From positions 145,266,001 to 145,330,000 of the forward strand of contig OZ024740.1 of the NCBI GenBank assembly GCA_964016885.1: a stretch of 64,000 nucleotides of DNA. Reading direction: 5' to 3'. The position numbers and the translations under genes are program-made. Positions 14,601-27,560 of this stretch are shown piece by piece; within the stretch, counting starts at the first letter, position 1, and each line of letters opens with the position of its first letter. Below the pieces are notes generated by a model, which saw only the letters and a list, made by a program, of their open reading frames with translations, had not been told where the DNA came from and made no database searches. The DNA comes from Eledone cirrhosa (taxonomy: Eukaryota).

Positions 14601-14658
14601 AAAGAAAGAACTGTGGCAGACAAAATCGAATTCTAGGGCAGACCAGAGTTGACAGATG

Positions 14659-14662
<4 letters not shown>

Positions 14663-14736
<74 letters not shown>
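14663..14736. repeat. (GA)n microsatellite
   Basis: Direct reading. Confidence 0.95.
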
Positions 14737-14739
<3 letters not shown>

Positions 14740-14907
14740 GAAGAGATTCAAGGTGTTGGCAAATGTTGGTAAATGGTGTGCGTCAGTAATCTAATGGATG
14801 AAAGCGGTACTGCCCTTTGTTTAGAAATAAAACCAGGAAAATGATCTTATCTACTTTTAGAAAGTTTGTTGTAAAAACGGTTATATTACGCAGTTAATTC
14901 AAAACAA

Positions 14908-15250
14908 CGGCGGCACATTGGCAGAGACGTTAGAAAATCGAATAGAATGTTTTGCATTATTCGCTCCAGTTCTCTGTGCTCTGAGTTCAAATCTCACCGA
15001 GATAAACTTTGCTTTTCTTCCTTCCGAGATCGATAAAAAAAAGTAGCAATCTAGTACTGGGGTCGATTCTTCCTTTATATCCCATTTCTCAACTCGTCTC
15101 TATCACTCCCTTTCCTTACTCTGGAAGAAATTGACCATATTCAGATCTGGAGAAGGGATGGGCTTCACCAGGTTCAAACAAAATGCCCAAGAAAGGCCGT
15201 ATGTCACTACAGTGCCCCTAAGATTCTGTCAGGAGTTATGGTTAAATCCA
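14908..15250 (+). mobile_element. SINE family 1, long-tail variant
   Basis: Family 1 core plus an extended tail (GAAAGAAAT..ATGGGCT..CCAAG) also seen at 22908-23190 and 27320-27560. Confidence 0.75.
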
Positions 15251-15320
15251 TTCATCTATCTATCCATTCAATCCCATCCTATCCTATTCAAAGCAAGTTA
15301 TAAATGCAAAGACTGGTACA

Positions 15321-16086
<766 letters not shown>

Positions 16087-16109
16087 TTCATATATGCATA
16101 AATACATAA

Positions 16110-16770
16110 TATGAAAGACATACACACATATAATATGAAAGAGTACTGGTGGAATGTTCCAGTAAAAACCCAAATAAAATGCTGGGATAGTAGACCAGAC
16201 ATAATGATATGGAACAGGGAAAAGAAGGCATGCACAGTAGTGGAAGTTAGCTGCCAACAGATGCCAATATAATATTAAAGATTAGCGAGAAGGAGAATAT
16301 CTATGCAGAACTAGTGAGAAATCTACAGATACTCCACCCTGACTATACCTTCAGATTTATACCTGTGATTATTGGGGCACTGGGATATGTTAGTAACTGC
16401 CTCAATACAAATGTTGAGAAGTTGGGCTTCACAGAAACAGAAAGAACACAACTAGTTAGGAAATTACAAGTACAATCCATTAATGGAACAGTAAAAATAT
16501 GTAAAACATTCCCAAAATTCTGCATTTAATAACTCCATGTACAGATACAAAGCATATGCACATGCACACATACAACTCAAAACATCCACATCCACACATA
16601 CAATAACATCCATACCTGCACACAGATGCATGCATGCAGACATGCAGACATATCTACCTAGTTGATGTGTTAATTCCAATGAGAGAGTCTGGTGTCTATG
16701 TTAGAAACCGACTGTCTCTATTGGAAAAAATGTGTAAAATTATAAAACCAGAAGAGCATACATACATATA
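16110..16770 (+). mobile_element. 5'-truncated RLE-type non-LTR retrotransposon 3' end (copy 2)
   Basis: Encodes WWNVPVKT..RPDIMIWNREKKACTVVEVSC..EKENIY..FIPVIIGALG, a PD-(D/E)xK restriction-like endonuclease region, with a frameshift; ends in (CATA)n. Confidence 0.8.
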
Positions 16771-16817
16771 ATTCAAAGCAAGTTATAAATGCAAAGACTG
16801 GTACATATGATATAAAA

Positions 16818-16861
<44 letters not shown>

Positions 16862-17079
16862 GGAGAGAGAGAGAGAGAGAGAGAGGCAGTTAGTTGACTA
16901 ATCATTGCAATGTATTGATACTTTCATAGGGGGAAGACGGTATTTTCTTTGGTATGATTAGAATGCTCAATCTAAACAAAATACCAAAGAGAATACTATC
17001 TGCCAGGTATAAAAGCATCCACACATTATCTCCTGTACTTGCTGAAATGATAAAATAGCATAATTCATTGACTAATATT

Positions 17080-17262
17080 TGGCAGTATCGGTAGAGGGTT
17101 GGACGCCATGCTTTCTAGCATAGTTACGTCCCTTTACGGTCTGAGTTCAAATCCCGTCGAGGTTAACTTTGCATTTTTTTTCTTTACGGGGTCGATAAAA
17201 TAAAGTACCGGTAATGTACTGGGTGATTGCTGGCCTTGTGCCAAAAGTAGAAACAATTATTT
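17080..17262 (+). mobile_element. SINE family 1
   Basis: Family core and tail. Confidence 0.85.
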
Positions 17263-17322
17263 TCCCTCAACCCTATAAACATTTCTTAACAGCCTTTTAA
17301 TGCTCCGTACATTAAATGTATT

Positions 17323-17527
17323 GATTTCTAATTTATGCACAAGACCAGCAATTTTGAGGAAGGGCAAAGTTGATTAAATCAACCCCAGTAATTAACTGGT
17401 ACTGAATTTTAGCAATCCCAGAAGGATGAAAGGCAAAGTTGACCTCGGTGGGATTTGAACACAGAATGTAAAGAACCAGAACAAATAGCACATTGGCAAT
17501 TCGACCAATACTGCCAATCTACCGCAC
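17323..17527 (-). mobile_element. SINE family 1, tail-to-tail with the previous copy
   Basis: Reverse complement of the family core. Confidence 0.85.
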
Positions 17528-17542
17528 GTCAGGTATTAAATA

Positions 17543-17617
17543 CAGAGTGTCCCCAAAAAGTATACACACTTCATCTGCATTCTAATAAACATGTGTATAC
17601 ATTTTTGGGACACCCTG
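17543..17617. mobile_element. 75-bp Tc1/mariner-type MITE
   Basis: TA|CAGAGTGTCCCCAAAAAGTATACACA...TGTGTATACATTTTTGGGACACCCTG|TA: ~26-bp imperfect TIRs and a TA TSD. Confidence 0.85.
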
Positions 17618-18199
17618 TACATTAACGATAGTCGCAACTCTATCGGATAATTACGAACGTCATACCAGCTAACTAATGCTGCGTTATGCTAATAAAGAAA
17701 ACGGTAGAGCTAATTGTAAATAGTACCATGAATGATTTTACTCATGGTTAACTGTAACAGCGTATAATTGCTTCTTTAGCCTACATTGACAAGCTGCAAC
17801 AGGCAGACATCTTATCCAAGGGAAAGGTATTCAAACATTTCCGATAAAAATAAAATAAAATAAAAATATAATCCCTAGCAAAAAACATGGAACATAAAAT
17901 AAGGCTACAAGATTGAAATCTTTTCGTCCACTTGGACAACAGTTAATGATGAAAGATTGCAAATGAAAGTATGTGAAATACAAACATGATTTGTAAAATC
18001 ATTTCTACAACGATATTCTATTTTTAATTAATCTTATATATATATTATGGATGTGTTCTTTGAATTTCTTCATCAGAATGAACCATTAAGTTAATGTTTT
18101 ATTTTTCTTCTCACTGTGAATATAATTTTCAATGAAGTTTCTTGGCTCACGACAGAATGTTAGTGATCACTTTAATACGTTATGTTTTAGTTATATATG

Positions 18200-18415
18200 A
18201 AGGCAGTGGATTAGCAGAGTGGTTAGAGCGTCGGACAAATGCCTGGCAGTATTTGTGCCGAGTCTTTACTTTCTGAAGTCAAATCCCGCCGAGGTTAACT
18301 TTACCTTTCATCCTTCCGAAGTCGATAAAATAAAGTACCAGTTAAGTACTGGGTCGATATAATCGACATTCCTCTCCTCAAAATACCTGACCTAGTGCTT
18401 ATGTTAGAAATTATT
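18200..18415 (+). mobile_element. SINE family 1
   Basis: Full head, core and tail; flanked by similar TTTTAGTTA(T/G)ATATG sequences. Confidence 0.85.
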
Positions 18416-18623
18416 TTAGTTAGATATGTACCCCTATAATCTACTCCTTTCACAGATCACTCGTACGCACACACGCACACACAGACACACACACACATAT
18501 ATATATATTAATAAAAGGAATTCCAACTTTGTCTGATTTACTCGTTTTATTTACAATCCTTTAAAATGTATAATGGTATTAGAATGAAATAGTATGGTAG
18601 AATATTAAATGTTAAGTGTTAAT

Positions 18624-18662
18624 TGAACAAGTACTTTCATGCTTTCGCAATCTTCAGGTTCA
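18624..18662 (-). ncRNA. Mirror-image minimal type I hammerhead ribozyme
   Basis: Exact reverse complement of 18736-18774 in the left palindrome arm. Confidence 0.7.
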
Positions 18663-18735
18663 TATTCTGTGGTGACAGTCAAGTTTGCAATTTTCAACAG
18701 TTGAAAATTGCAAACTTGACTGTCACCACAGAATA

Positions 18736-18774
18736 TGAACCTGAAGATTGCGAAAGCATGAAAGTACTTGTTCA
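18736..18774 (+). ncRNA. Minimal type I hammerhead ribozyme
   Basis: TGAAC-CTGAAGA-T-TGC-GAAA-GCA-T-GAAA-GTAC-T-T-GTTCA: stem I TGAAC/GTTCA, CUGANGA core, stem II with GNRA loop, GAAA, palindromic stem III AGTACT, CUU cleavage triplet. Confidence 0.7.
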
Positions 18775-18930
18775 ATTAACACTTAACATTTAATATTCTA
18801 CCATACTATTTCATTCTAATACCATTATACATTTTAAAGGATTGTAAATAAAACGTGTAAATCAGACAAAGTTGGAATTCCTTTTATTAATATAATCTTC
18901 TATACACAATCATACACAGCCGTGTATATT

Positions 18931-18965
<35 letters not shown>

Positions 18966-20386
18966 GGAGAGGGGGGTGAGAGGGAATATATATAGAGAGA
19001 GTGTAAAGGGGAGAGACAAAAATAGAAAGAGAAATAGAGAGAACAATCTCCGTCAGATTCAATGTTTAAGGTACATGTTTTTTAAAGAGGCGAGGTTTTG
19101 CGATTTGTAGCAGATATGATGCAAACTTAGACAAAATATTTAACTAATCACGCATACATCAAATTGCTGTTTGGCTTCCTGTTCAGCCCTGATCAAATAG
19201 ATGGATGATCAAAAGCGTTCCTGTCATCATTGTCTTGTCTTTTTCAGTCATAGTACATCGAAGACTACACCATCTGAAGTGTCTTTCCTCATTTAAAGTG
19301 GGGTTTAAGGTAGATTTGAAGAGGTTCGCTTCGTAACTACGTAGTACTGGGTTCGATTCCACTGCGTGGCATGCTGAGCAAGTGTCTTTTACCATACTCA
19401 TACCATGTGAGGGAAATTTGGTAGACACAAACTGTGTGAAAGCTCATTAGAGAGATTATTCCAGCTTTTGGATGGTAGACTTAGTTCGTCACCTAATTTA
19501 ACATCAACACCTGAAGATTTGCGAACTTTTAGCAAAATCTATACTTTTGCAACTAATTTGAACAAGGTCCTGAATTTCTGTTCACCAGGCTTTATAGGCA
19601 GTCTTCCCCCTTCTATGTCTAAGCCATTTATAGGGGAGAAGATCACGTACAGGCGCTTTTGTTTGCTTATGTTTCATAAACGTAATGATTATTGATAGTC
19701 AAGGTTAAAATAAGTGAAACTAACTGGAAAAGGTAGATTTGTACGTGTGCCTTAGCATACTGTCGCTGCAAAATCCATGACAGAGTTTGCAAGGTCGAAT
19801 GCCTAAGAACTTAGCTTCGCAATTACGAGGTCTTGGGTTCGACTACTATTCATGGAATCTTTACCAAAGCGTTAGATCCACCCAAGTAAAATTTGGTAGA
19901 CGGAAACTGTGTGGAAGCCGGTCGGATGGATTGTACTTATAATCCCAAAATCCAGCCTTGTCACACTGGAGATTCCGTTAAGGGTACACGCTAATTCAAT
20001 GAGTAGATATTACAGTTGATTGAAAAACTGAATACTCATCATTGAAATCCATGGAGATCCATTTATTTCATTTTTTTAATGTCATTGCAGCGTTGTATTA
20101 ATTTAGATTGAAGAGAACACTGGATTCTAATTTAGACATTAGGCCAGCAATTTAAGTGGAAGGGAAAGTCGATAAAATCGGCTCAGTACTTGACTGGTAC
20201 TTAGACCTCGGCGGTCAATAGCCAGAACAAATTCTGCTAAGGGTTTGTCTGTCACAAGGAGAATATTGATAATAAAATTGAATCGTATGTGTCATTTAAC
20301 GCCCTTCTGACGATTATCAATTAAAAAGACAAAACAAGTACCACAATTAAACCAAATCATTTCCTTTTAGTACATGTTTTGTATGT

Positions 20387-20900
20387 TTCTTCATCTTCGC
20401 CCACTTATTCTTGAGAGGGTCGTGGGAGAAGAGTCCTCGAACACTTCTTCCAGTGGGTCCTATCAGAAGCAACCGTCTCCAACTGATCTGGCTGGATCCC
20501 CAAGCCAAACCAGCCAAGCTCATGGATGCTATCCAACCATCTTGCTAGGTGTCTACCACTAGGTCTCCTGCTAGTTCGTTTGCCCGTAAAATCTGTCCAG
20601 CGATTCTTTCCTGAGGCATTCTAGCCACATGCCCATAGTATCGGAGCTGTGATCTCTCAATTGGAGAAGTAGCGGCTCTACCTGGAGTGACTCTCTGATC
20701 TCCGAACCACGAACTCTATCGAGTAACGTTACTCTAAAGACCCTTTGGAGGAACCCCATTTCGACCGCTTATATTCACGATCGTATTCTTTCGGTCATTA
20801 CCAATATTCATGACCACAGATAAGGGTTGACACGAATACCGAATTAAAGATAGCGAGTTTGGCTTTTACGCCTACCTCCCTTCTTCTGATTACTGAATGT
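20387..20900 (-). mobile_element. RTE-clade LINE 3' fragment
   Basis: Minus-strand peptide EMGFLQRVFRVTLLDRVRGSEIRESLQVEPLLL..YGHVARMP, typical of the RTE C-terminus; frameshifted. Confidence 0.8.
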
Positions 20901-22158
20901 TTATATGTTTACATAATAAAATTAAAGTAAAAGAAAGATAAGGAAACCTGCAACAATACTTTACGTGGACAGTACGTTACACATAATGTTTGTAAATCTT
21001 ATATTGCCTTGATCTTTAAAAACTAAACAGATTAACACATGGCAGACAAGAAACACTTGCAATAAAACAGAATGCTTCGTTGCTTTCCATTTCCGAATAT
21101 TTACATCTTATATCTATTTGAGTTAAGTAGTTTTTTTGTTATTGTTTTTGTTGTTTTTTGTGTTACTTTGTTTTTTCTGTATGTATAACGATTCATCCTG
21201 TTTATTCCACTACATATTCAACATATTCAGACAAGTCACTGACAGAATTAGATTTCTAATGTTCAGGTGTTTCTCTTTCAACCATCCGATAAATAAACCA
21301 CCACCACCACCACCGCAACAACAACAACAACAACAACAGCCCCAACAACAACAACTAACAACCAACAAAACCAACAACAGCATCAACAATACTGGATCCA
21401 TGCATTTCGTGTTAGTGTATGTCTAGGAGGAAAGGTATGTTGTATTTTGTGTGTAGAATAGCTGTGTGTTTATGTGTGTATATATGTTTGTGTATGTTTG
21501 TTTGTGTATGTATATATATGCACGTATGTGTATATGGATGTCTCTCCTGGTATGTTTTCATGTCTGTCGATACGTTCATATATATTTTTTGACAGTTGGC
21601 AAAAAGGGAAAAAGTTATCCCCAGACAGGAAGCCTCAATGCAGCAGAGTGAACTCATTCCCTGTTTTTTCTCTCTCTGTCTCTCTCTTGTTTTTTTGTTT
21701 CTTAATTATAAGGGATACTTAGTCCGTCACAGCTTACTAGCTCGATACGTATGTTTAAACTGATTGCATAAATAAATAAATAAAGGCATCCAAAGTTGGG
21801 GTGGGGTTTGAAGTTAAACCAGGTGATAGATTAAGTCTACCATACAAAAAATAGGAATGGTCATTCTTTCACACTGTATTCACCTAATAAATTTCATTCA
21901 CAAAGATTTAGCCGACCAGAGGCTATGATAAAAAAACACTTGCTCAAGGTTTCGTGATGTTAGATGGAACCCGAAGCTACGTTGTTACGAAGCAACCTTC
22001 TTAACGATCCAACCATGCCTGCGCCTGTATGAGTAGGTGGGCGTGTACATACAAGTGGGCTACACTGTTAGGCGTTTGTTTATTTATGTGCACGAGTATG
22101 TGGAAAGTGTAGAGAAAAATTTGTGTACACGAATTTGTGGGAGGTGTGTGTGTGTGTA

Positions 22159-22221
<63 letters not shown>

Positions 22222-22244
22222 ATGTGTGTGCGTGTGTGTATGTG

Positions 22245-22500
22245 TGTATTAAGTAGCTTAGAGGTTATGGTATTCGGTTCACGCTTGCCCCGGTCCATTC
22301 AACTGGCAAAATGTGTTGTACTTTTAATCTAAAGGGGCGGGAGCAACCTTTTCAAAGACTGTGTTACATTGAATTTCCCCGAGAAGTTCGATATGGGTGA
22401 ACATGTCTGTGGAATGTTTAGGCACTTACACATTAATTTCACCAGCAGTCTATTCTGTTTTTCGAACAACTGGAGCACTCATCGTCGGAATGACTGAGGT
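22245..22500 (+). mobile_element. SINE family 2, diverged
   Basis: Similar to 2250-2570; preceded by (TG)n at 22145-22245. Confidence 0.6.
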
Positions 22501-22907
22501 CCAATGATTTAGTCAGAAAAGGCGGAGCAGCACCACATGAGATTTTCAGATCCTCAAAGATTGGGAGTAGAAAGACCTAATCCGATATTAAGCTAAAACA
22601 TACTTGTCCTCGTCATTGCGAAGCAAACTGCTCAAGCATTTGGCCAGGCAGCGTCTATAGGATTTTACAGTGACGGTATGTTAAGGCAGCCGCATCAGAA
22701 TGAGCTTCGTTAAACATACCAAATGATAAAGTAGAGATGTTAAACAAGGAGAACAAATATACTACATCTTTAGCTACAGTTACATAAAGAGTATATATTT
22801 CCACAAAAACTGTCTAACATAATGTCTAACATTACTTAATTTCGTGGTGAATCTCGTTAGGAGTCTAGTTTAGTGTATCTAGTTGATGAGAGATTAAGTG
22901 ACAATTT

Positions 22908-23190
22908 GGCAGAGCTGTTAGAATGTCTGAGATAATGTTCTACTGTATTCATTCCGGCTCTCTGTGCTCTGAGTTCAAATGCCGCCGAGGTCAACTTTGC
23001 CTTTCATCCTTTCGAGGTGGTTAAAAAATGTACCAGTCCAGTACTGAGGTTGATTCTTCCTCTACACCCCCTCTCTCTGAAAGAAATCGGCCGTGTTCAG
23101 ACATGTAGAGGAGATGGGCTCTGCCAAGTTTTTAAAATGCCAAAGAAACAACGAAAGTCACTATGACGCCCCTACGTCTCTACCAGTTAC
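22908..23190 (+). mobile_element. SINE family 1, long-tail variant
   Basis: Core plus tail shared with 14908-15250. Confidence 0.8.
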
Positions 23191-23334
23191 GGGTAAAAAC
23201 AGAAAAAAGGTTGAAGAGACATTATTGTCCACACCCTTCGAGGACTCACGTGGTGTGGTTGAGAGATAAATAAGATTAATGTGACCGATACGAAGATGAG
23301 AGAGCTGGAGATTAATAGTTCATAGAAAGATAAG

Positions 23335-23545
23335 GGCAGTATAAAGGTAGAGCGTCGGACTAAATATTTCGTAGTATTCAGTTAAGAATTTCTACGTTCT
23401 GAGTTCAAATTCCGCCGAGGTCAACTTTACCATTCATCCTTCTGAGGTTGATAAAATACAGTACCAGTTAAGTACTTGGGTCGATATAATCGACTATCTC
23501 TTTCCCGCAAATTGTTGTCATTATGCCAATGTTAGAAAGAATAAT
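23335..23545 (+). mobile_element. SINE family 1
   Basis: Family core. Confidence 0.85.
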
Positions 23546-23865
23546 TATAAGATACCCCAACAATAAGAGATTCTCAGAATGAAACACTTGTACATGATAA
23601 CTGGAGATAGAGATGAATCTACTGATAAAGACGGGAAATGGATAAGAAATAGAAAAGTATACGGCGGAGTGCAGTAAAGCGGAAATGTTCTAAAGAGCGA
23701 AGCATATTGCCGTAGTTTTAAAATAGGAGTTAAGGCTAAAAATAAAATTACTGGTTATTGTAGGATATCCGCATAAATAAAAAAAACATATATTCAAATA
23801 AAAAATATATTAAAATATAAAGTGTTCATCATGGCGGTGTATTTGAACACATATACGACATGTTT

Positions 23866-24754
23866 ATCTATATATCTAAAACAGAGAATGGCTGTCTGTT
23901 TGTCTGTCTGTCTGACTCCCTAAAACTCGAGAACCACCCAACCGATTTTTTTCAAACTTTAACTTTACACATGTAATACTTATGGTCGTGTGAGTGTTTT
24001 GAGCAAAAGATATTTCAAATTTTCAATGCCCTTGGGACCACATTAGGCGAAAAACCGCATATTTTAGGCTTTAAAGGCTTTTTTTTTTTTAGACATAACG
24101 GAACAATAATCCAGGCGATTTCTTCAAAATTTGCATTATTTATGTCGTTTAAAGTGTTTTGAGCAAAAACAATGTTCTCATTTTTTGCCCCAGGGACCGC
24201 ATTAGGCGAAAAATCGATTTTTTAAAGCATTTTGGTTGCGCTAGGGCCTATAACTCGAGAAGTACCCAACCGATTTTTTTTTTAAACTTTGCATATGCAT
24301 TACTTATGTTTCACAAATTTTTCTTGACTGAAAAAGATTTCAAATTTTTGTCCGGGGACCTCATTGTTTAGCATTTTGGTTGCGTTAGGGCCTGTAACCT
24401 TAAAAGTATCCAACTAAATTCCTTCATGCTCTCCACCACTGCAGTCCCACATGCTTACTGCTCTGTAACTATTGCTTTCATTGTACCATAGCACAACAAA
24501 TACATGTTCGGTTTGTCGAATGCCTTTTTACTTAACCCTATCGTCTTTGCTTTCGTGGGTTGAACACTTTACTCTCAGGCACCCAATTAAGTTAAACCCC
24601 TGTTAATCTACGACGATTTTGTTTTATAAGCACAAAATGTAGACACCATCCCTATGCCGAGGTATTCCATACTTCTCTGTACTGTTTCAGAAAGGAGGGA
24701 TAAACATGCCAATCTCTGTTTAGAATCCCGAGCAGCGCCGGGCCATTCTGCTAG
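23866..24754 (+). mobile_element. Complete non-autonomous Helitron-like element
   Basis: TC start after A, (TCTG)n near the 5' end, internal repeats of TAACTCGAGAAGTACCCAACCGA, 3' CCCGAGCAGCGCCGGG hairpin then CTAG|T; no TSD. Confidence 0.75.
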
Positions 24755-25029
24755 TGTATAATAAACTTACAAGAGTTTAGCTATGAATTTTTTTTAATTT
24801 GTGATCATGTCACATCTATCTCGGTAGCAGTGAGAATGCTAATGCTATGAATCATTTACATCCACACATCATTATCAGATAATTTCAAAACATGTTAAAC
24901 TTTACATTTAATAGTTATACACAATCAGATGAATTTAGGACATTGATTTTCAAATGGGTTATGTGACGTATGAATTTGAATACTTGTTGGATCTTCGTCA
25001 ATTCACACGATTTATTTTCCAATTGATTC

Positions 25030-25310
25030 AATCAACGGAACAGACTGCCCGGTGAAATTAACATGCAAGTGGTTGAGCACTCTACAAGCACATGCAGTCT
25101 CAACATAGTTCTCATAGAGATTAAGTTTAACAGTGTGTGACAAGACTGGCCCTTTGAATTACAGGTATGGCTCATTTTACCCAGCTGAGTGGACTGGAGC
25201 AACGTGAAATAAAGAGTCTTGCTCAAGAACTCAACGTGTCACTGGGAATCAAACTCACGATGTGAAGATCGTGAGCTGAACATCCTGACCATTAAGCCAT
25301 GTGCCTTCAC
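25030..25310 (-). mobile_element. SINE family 2
   Basis: Reverse complement of the family 2 body. Confidence 0.75.
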
Positions 25311-26099
25311 TATGTGACGCATACGTCATAAGCTTGTATCTGACATAAGCTTGTAGTCGAAAGATGATGATGAATCAGAAAAGAACTAAAATATACATTA
25401 GTTTCTACTGTTAGTATGATGATAGTTGCTTGGGTTATATTTTAAAATGTCTAATGAGTAGAAAGTATAGCAACTAAGGGGAGTAAGGTGTTGTTTCAAA
25501 GTTTCCAATCTTATCAATGTTTCAGCTGTCGGACCAGGAAAAATGAGAGCGTTTTTTGTTTCAGTACTTGGCTTTGCCAATCAGATGAATTGAGCTCTGG
25601 CAACTGAAATATACTTCCGTGTTGTTATCAAGTGTCGCTGCCAACATAGAAATAATCTCGAAATTGTATGTACAATATTGTGGGGCATGTTTCTGACACC
25701 GTGGGGTATATGATGAGAGATTCCTCGCTTTAATCATATAATAAAAAAGAACATATATAGCACTATTTTTTATGCTGTTAATTAGAGGTCATGGCTAAAA
25801 AATACTGCGAGCTCTCAGCGTATGCAACAGTATAGACACTTTACCCTTATGTGTTGCACCCCCGATTATTCCACTGAGAAATATACCAGTTGTTTGACCG
25901 ACGGAAGAACTTGTTCATGAAATTAACGTGCAAGTGGCTGAGCATTCCACTGACGCGTGTACTCTCAAAGTAGTCATCAGAACCGATCAGCATGAAACTG
26001 TGTGACAAAACTGGCCCTTTGAATTACAGTATTTACTTTCACTAAATCATAAATAAACCAAACATATTCGGTATGACAATGGATAAAGAAACATCTAAT

Positions 26100-26315
26100 A
26101 ATTGTTTCTACTTTAGGCACAAGGCCAGCAATTACCCAGTGCATTACTGGTACTTTATTTTATCGACCCCGGAAAGATGAAAGGCAAAGTCAACCTCGGC
26201 GGGATTTGAACTCAGATCGTAAAGGGACGTAACTACGCTGGAAAGCATGTTGTCCGACTCTCTACCGATACTGCTAATCCACCGCCATGGATTGGCAGTA
26301 CCGGTAGATGTTTCC
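26100..26315 (-). mobile_element. SINE family 1 with 18-bp TSD and an inverted duplicate of its 5' head
   Basis: AAAGAAACATCTAATAAT at 26085-26102 and 26316-26333. Confidence 0.9.
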
Positions 26316-26744
26316 AAAGAAACATCTAATAATGTGATCACATTAATAATAGATAAAGAATTAAATAATAAGTAAATAAATATAAAAATATGTAAATAAA
26401 GAAATCATTATTGAATAAAATAAATAAATAAATGATAAAGAAACCATTATTGAATCTTTCAGTCCATACACTGCCAGGTATAGGTTTACGTTACTTGCGT
26501 CTGGTGCCTCAGGGACATGACAACGTTTCTTAATATCCAAGCCATCATAATGAATAATCACAATACTTCAAGAAAATGTTCGATTTTTGTTCTATATGAA
26601 TTAATTAATTTGGTGCTTGAACAAGTTCAAAGGGAGTTTAGCTGCAGAATATCAACATCATAAATGTTTAGTATATCAGACCTGTCAACCCTCTCCGTCC
26701 GATGGGGAGATCTCCTACCCATTTGTGAAAATGAATATAGCTTG

Positions 26745-26870
26745 CATTACGATCTGAGTTCAAATCCCGCCGAGGTTGACTTTGCCTTTCATCCTTACGG
26801 GGTCGATAAAATAAAGTACCAGTAATGCACTGGGTAATTGCTGGCCTTGTGCCTAAAGTAGAAACAATTA
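26745..26870 (+). mobile_element. 5'-truncated SINE family 1
   Basis: Near-identical reverse complement of 26100-26222. Confidence 0.85.
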
Positions 26871-27319
26871 TGTAAAATCTCCTCATTTTGCCTCATTTCT
26901 CCCCGTTTTGGAGCACTTTTTTTCCATGGTACTCCCCGTTTGGGCTTTTAGAGGCTGGCAGGTCTGGCATAAACTAATATTAGTTTCTGAACAAATACCG
27001 CAATACTATTTTATTCGACGCTCTACCAATTCTGCCAATCCACCACTCTTGCGTGAATTAATGTCAAATATCAAATTGTTTCACAGATTGGTACTTATAA
27101 TATCATATATCAGCACACTGTTAAGTGTAATCATATTGAAATAAGATAGAATCTCAGCTTTATAACGAAAATAGAAATGTATAAAAGCAACTCCGAATAG
27201 GTTTGTTTTGTTTTTAGAATATAAATAAACGAAATGGGGGATTTGATTAATTTAATTAACACAAATGCTAGAAATATCACAAAATCAATTAAGACTGCGT
27301 ATTGAAAAAATCGATAGGG

Positions 27320-27560
27320 CGTCGGATTAATGGCCGAAATTTCTTTTTTTTCGCCTCCCTCTCTATGTCCCGAGTTCAAATCCGCTGAAGTCGATTTTCA
27401 TTCCTTCGAAGTCGACAAATAAAGTACCACTCCTGTACTGGGAATCGATTCTTCTCTATCTCCCTTTATCACTTTCTCTCATTCTCTGAGACAAAGAAAT
27501 CGGCTGGAATCAGGGCTTGAGGAAGATGGGCTCCGCCAAGTTTAAAATACCCACCAAGTG
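27320..27560 (+). mobile_element. SINE family 1, long-tail variant, diverged
   Basis: B-box, core and extended tail. Confidence 0.65.

Larger units (their letters stand above)
18504..18894. repeat. 391-bp near-perfect palindrome (195-bp arms, 1-nt centre), probable inverted Penelope-like pseudo-LTR
   Basis: Arms are reverse complements around A18699; I found one mismatch (CTCG vs CGTG near the outer ends). Confidence 0.95.

Noticed and set aside
21136-21426. ORF with poly-Pro/poly-Gln
   Set aside because: (CCA)n(CAA)n microsatellite without supportable exon structure.
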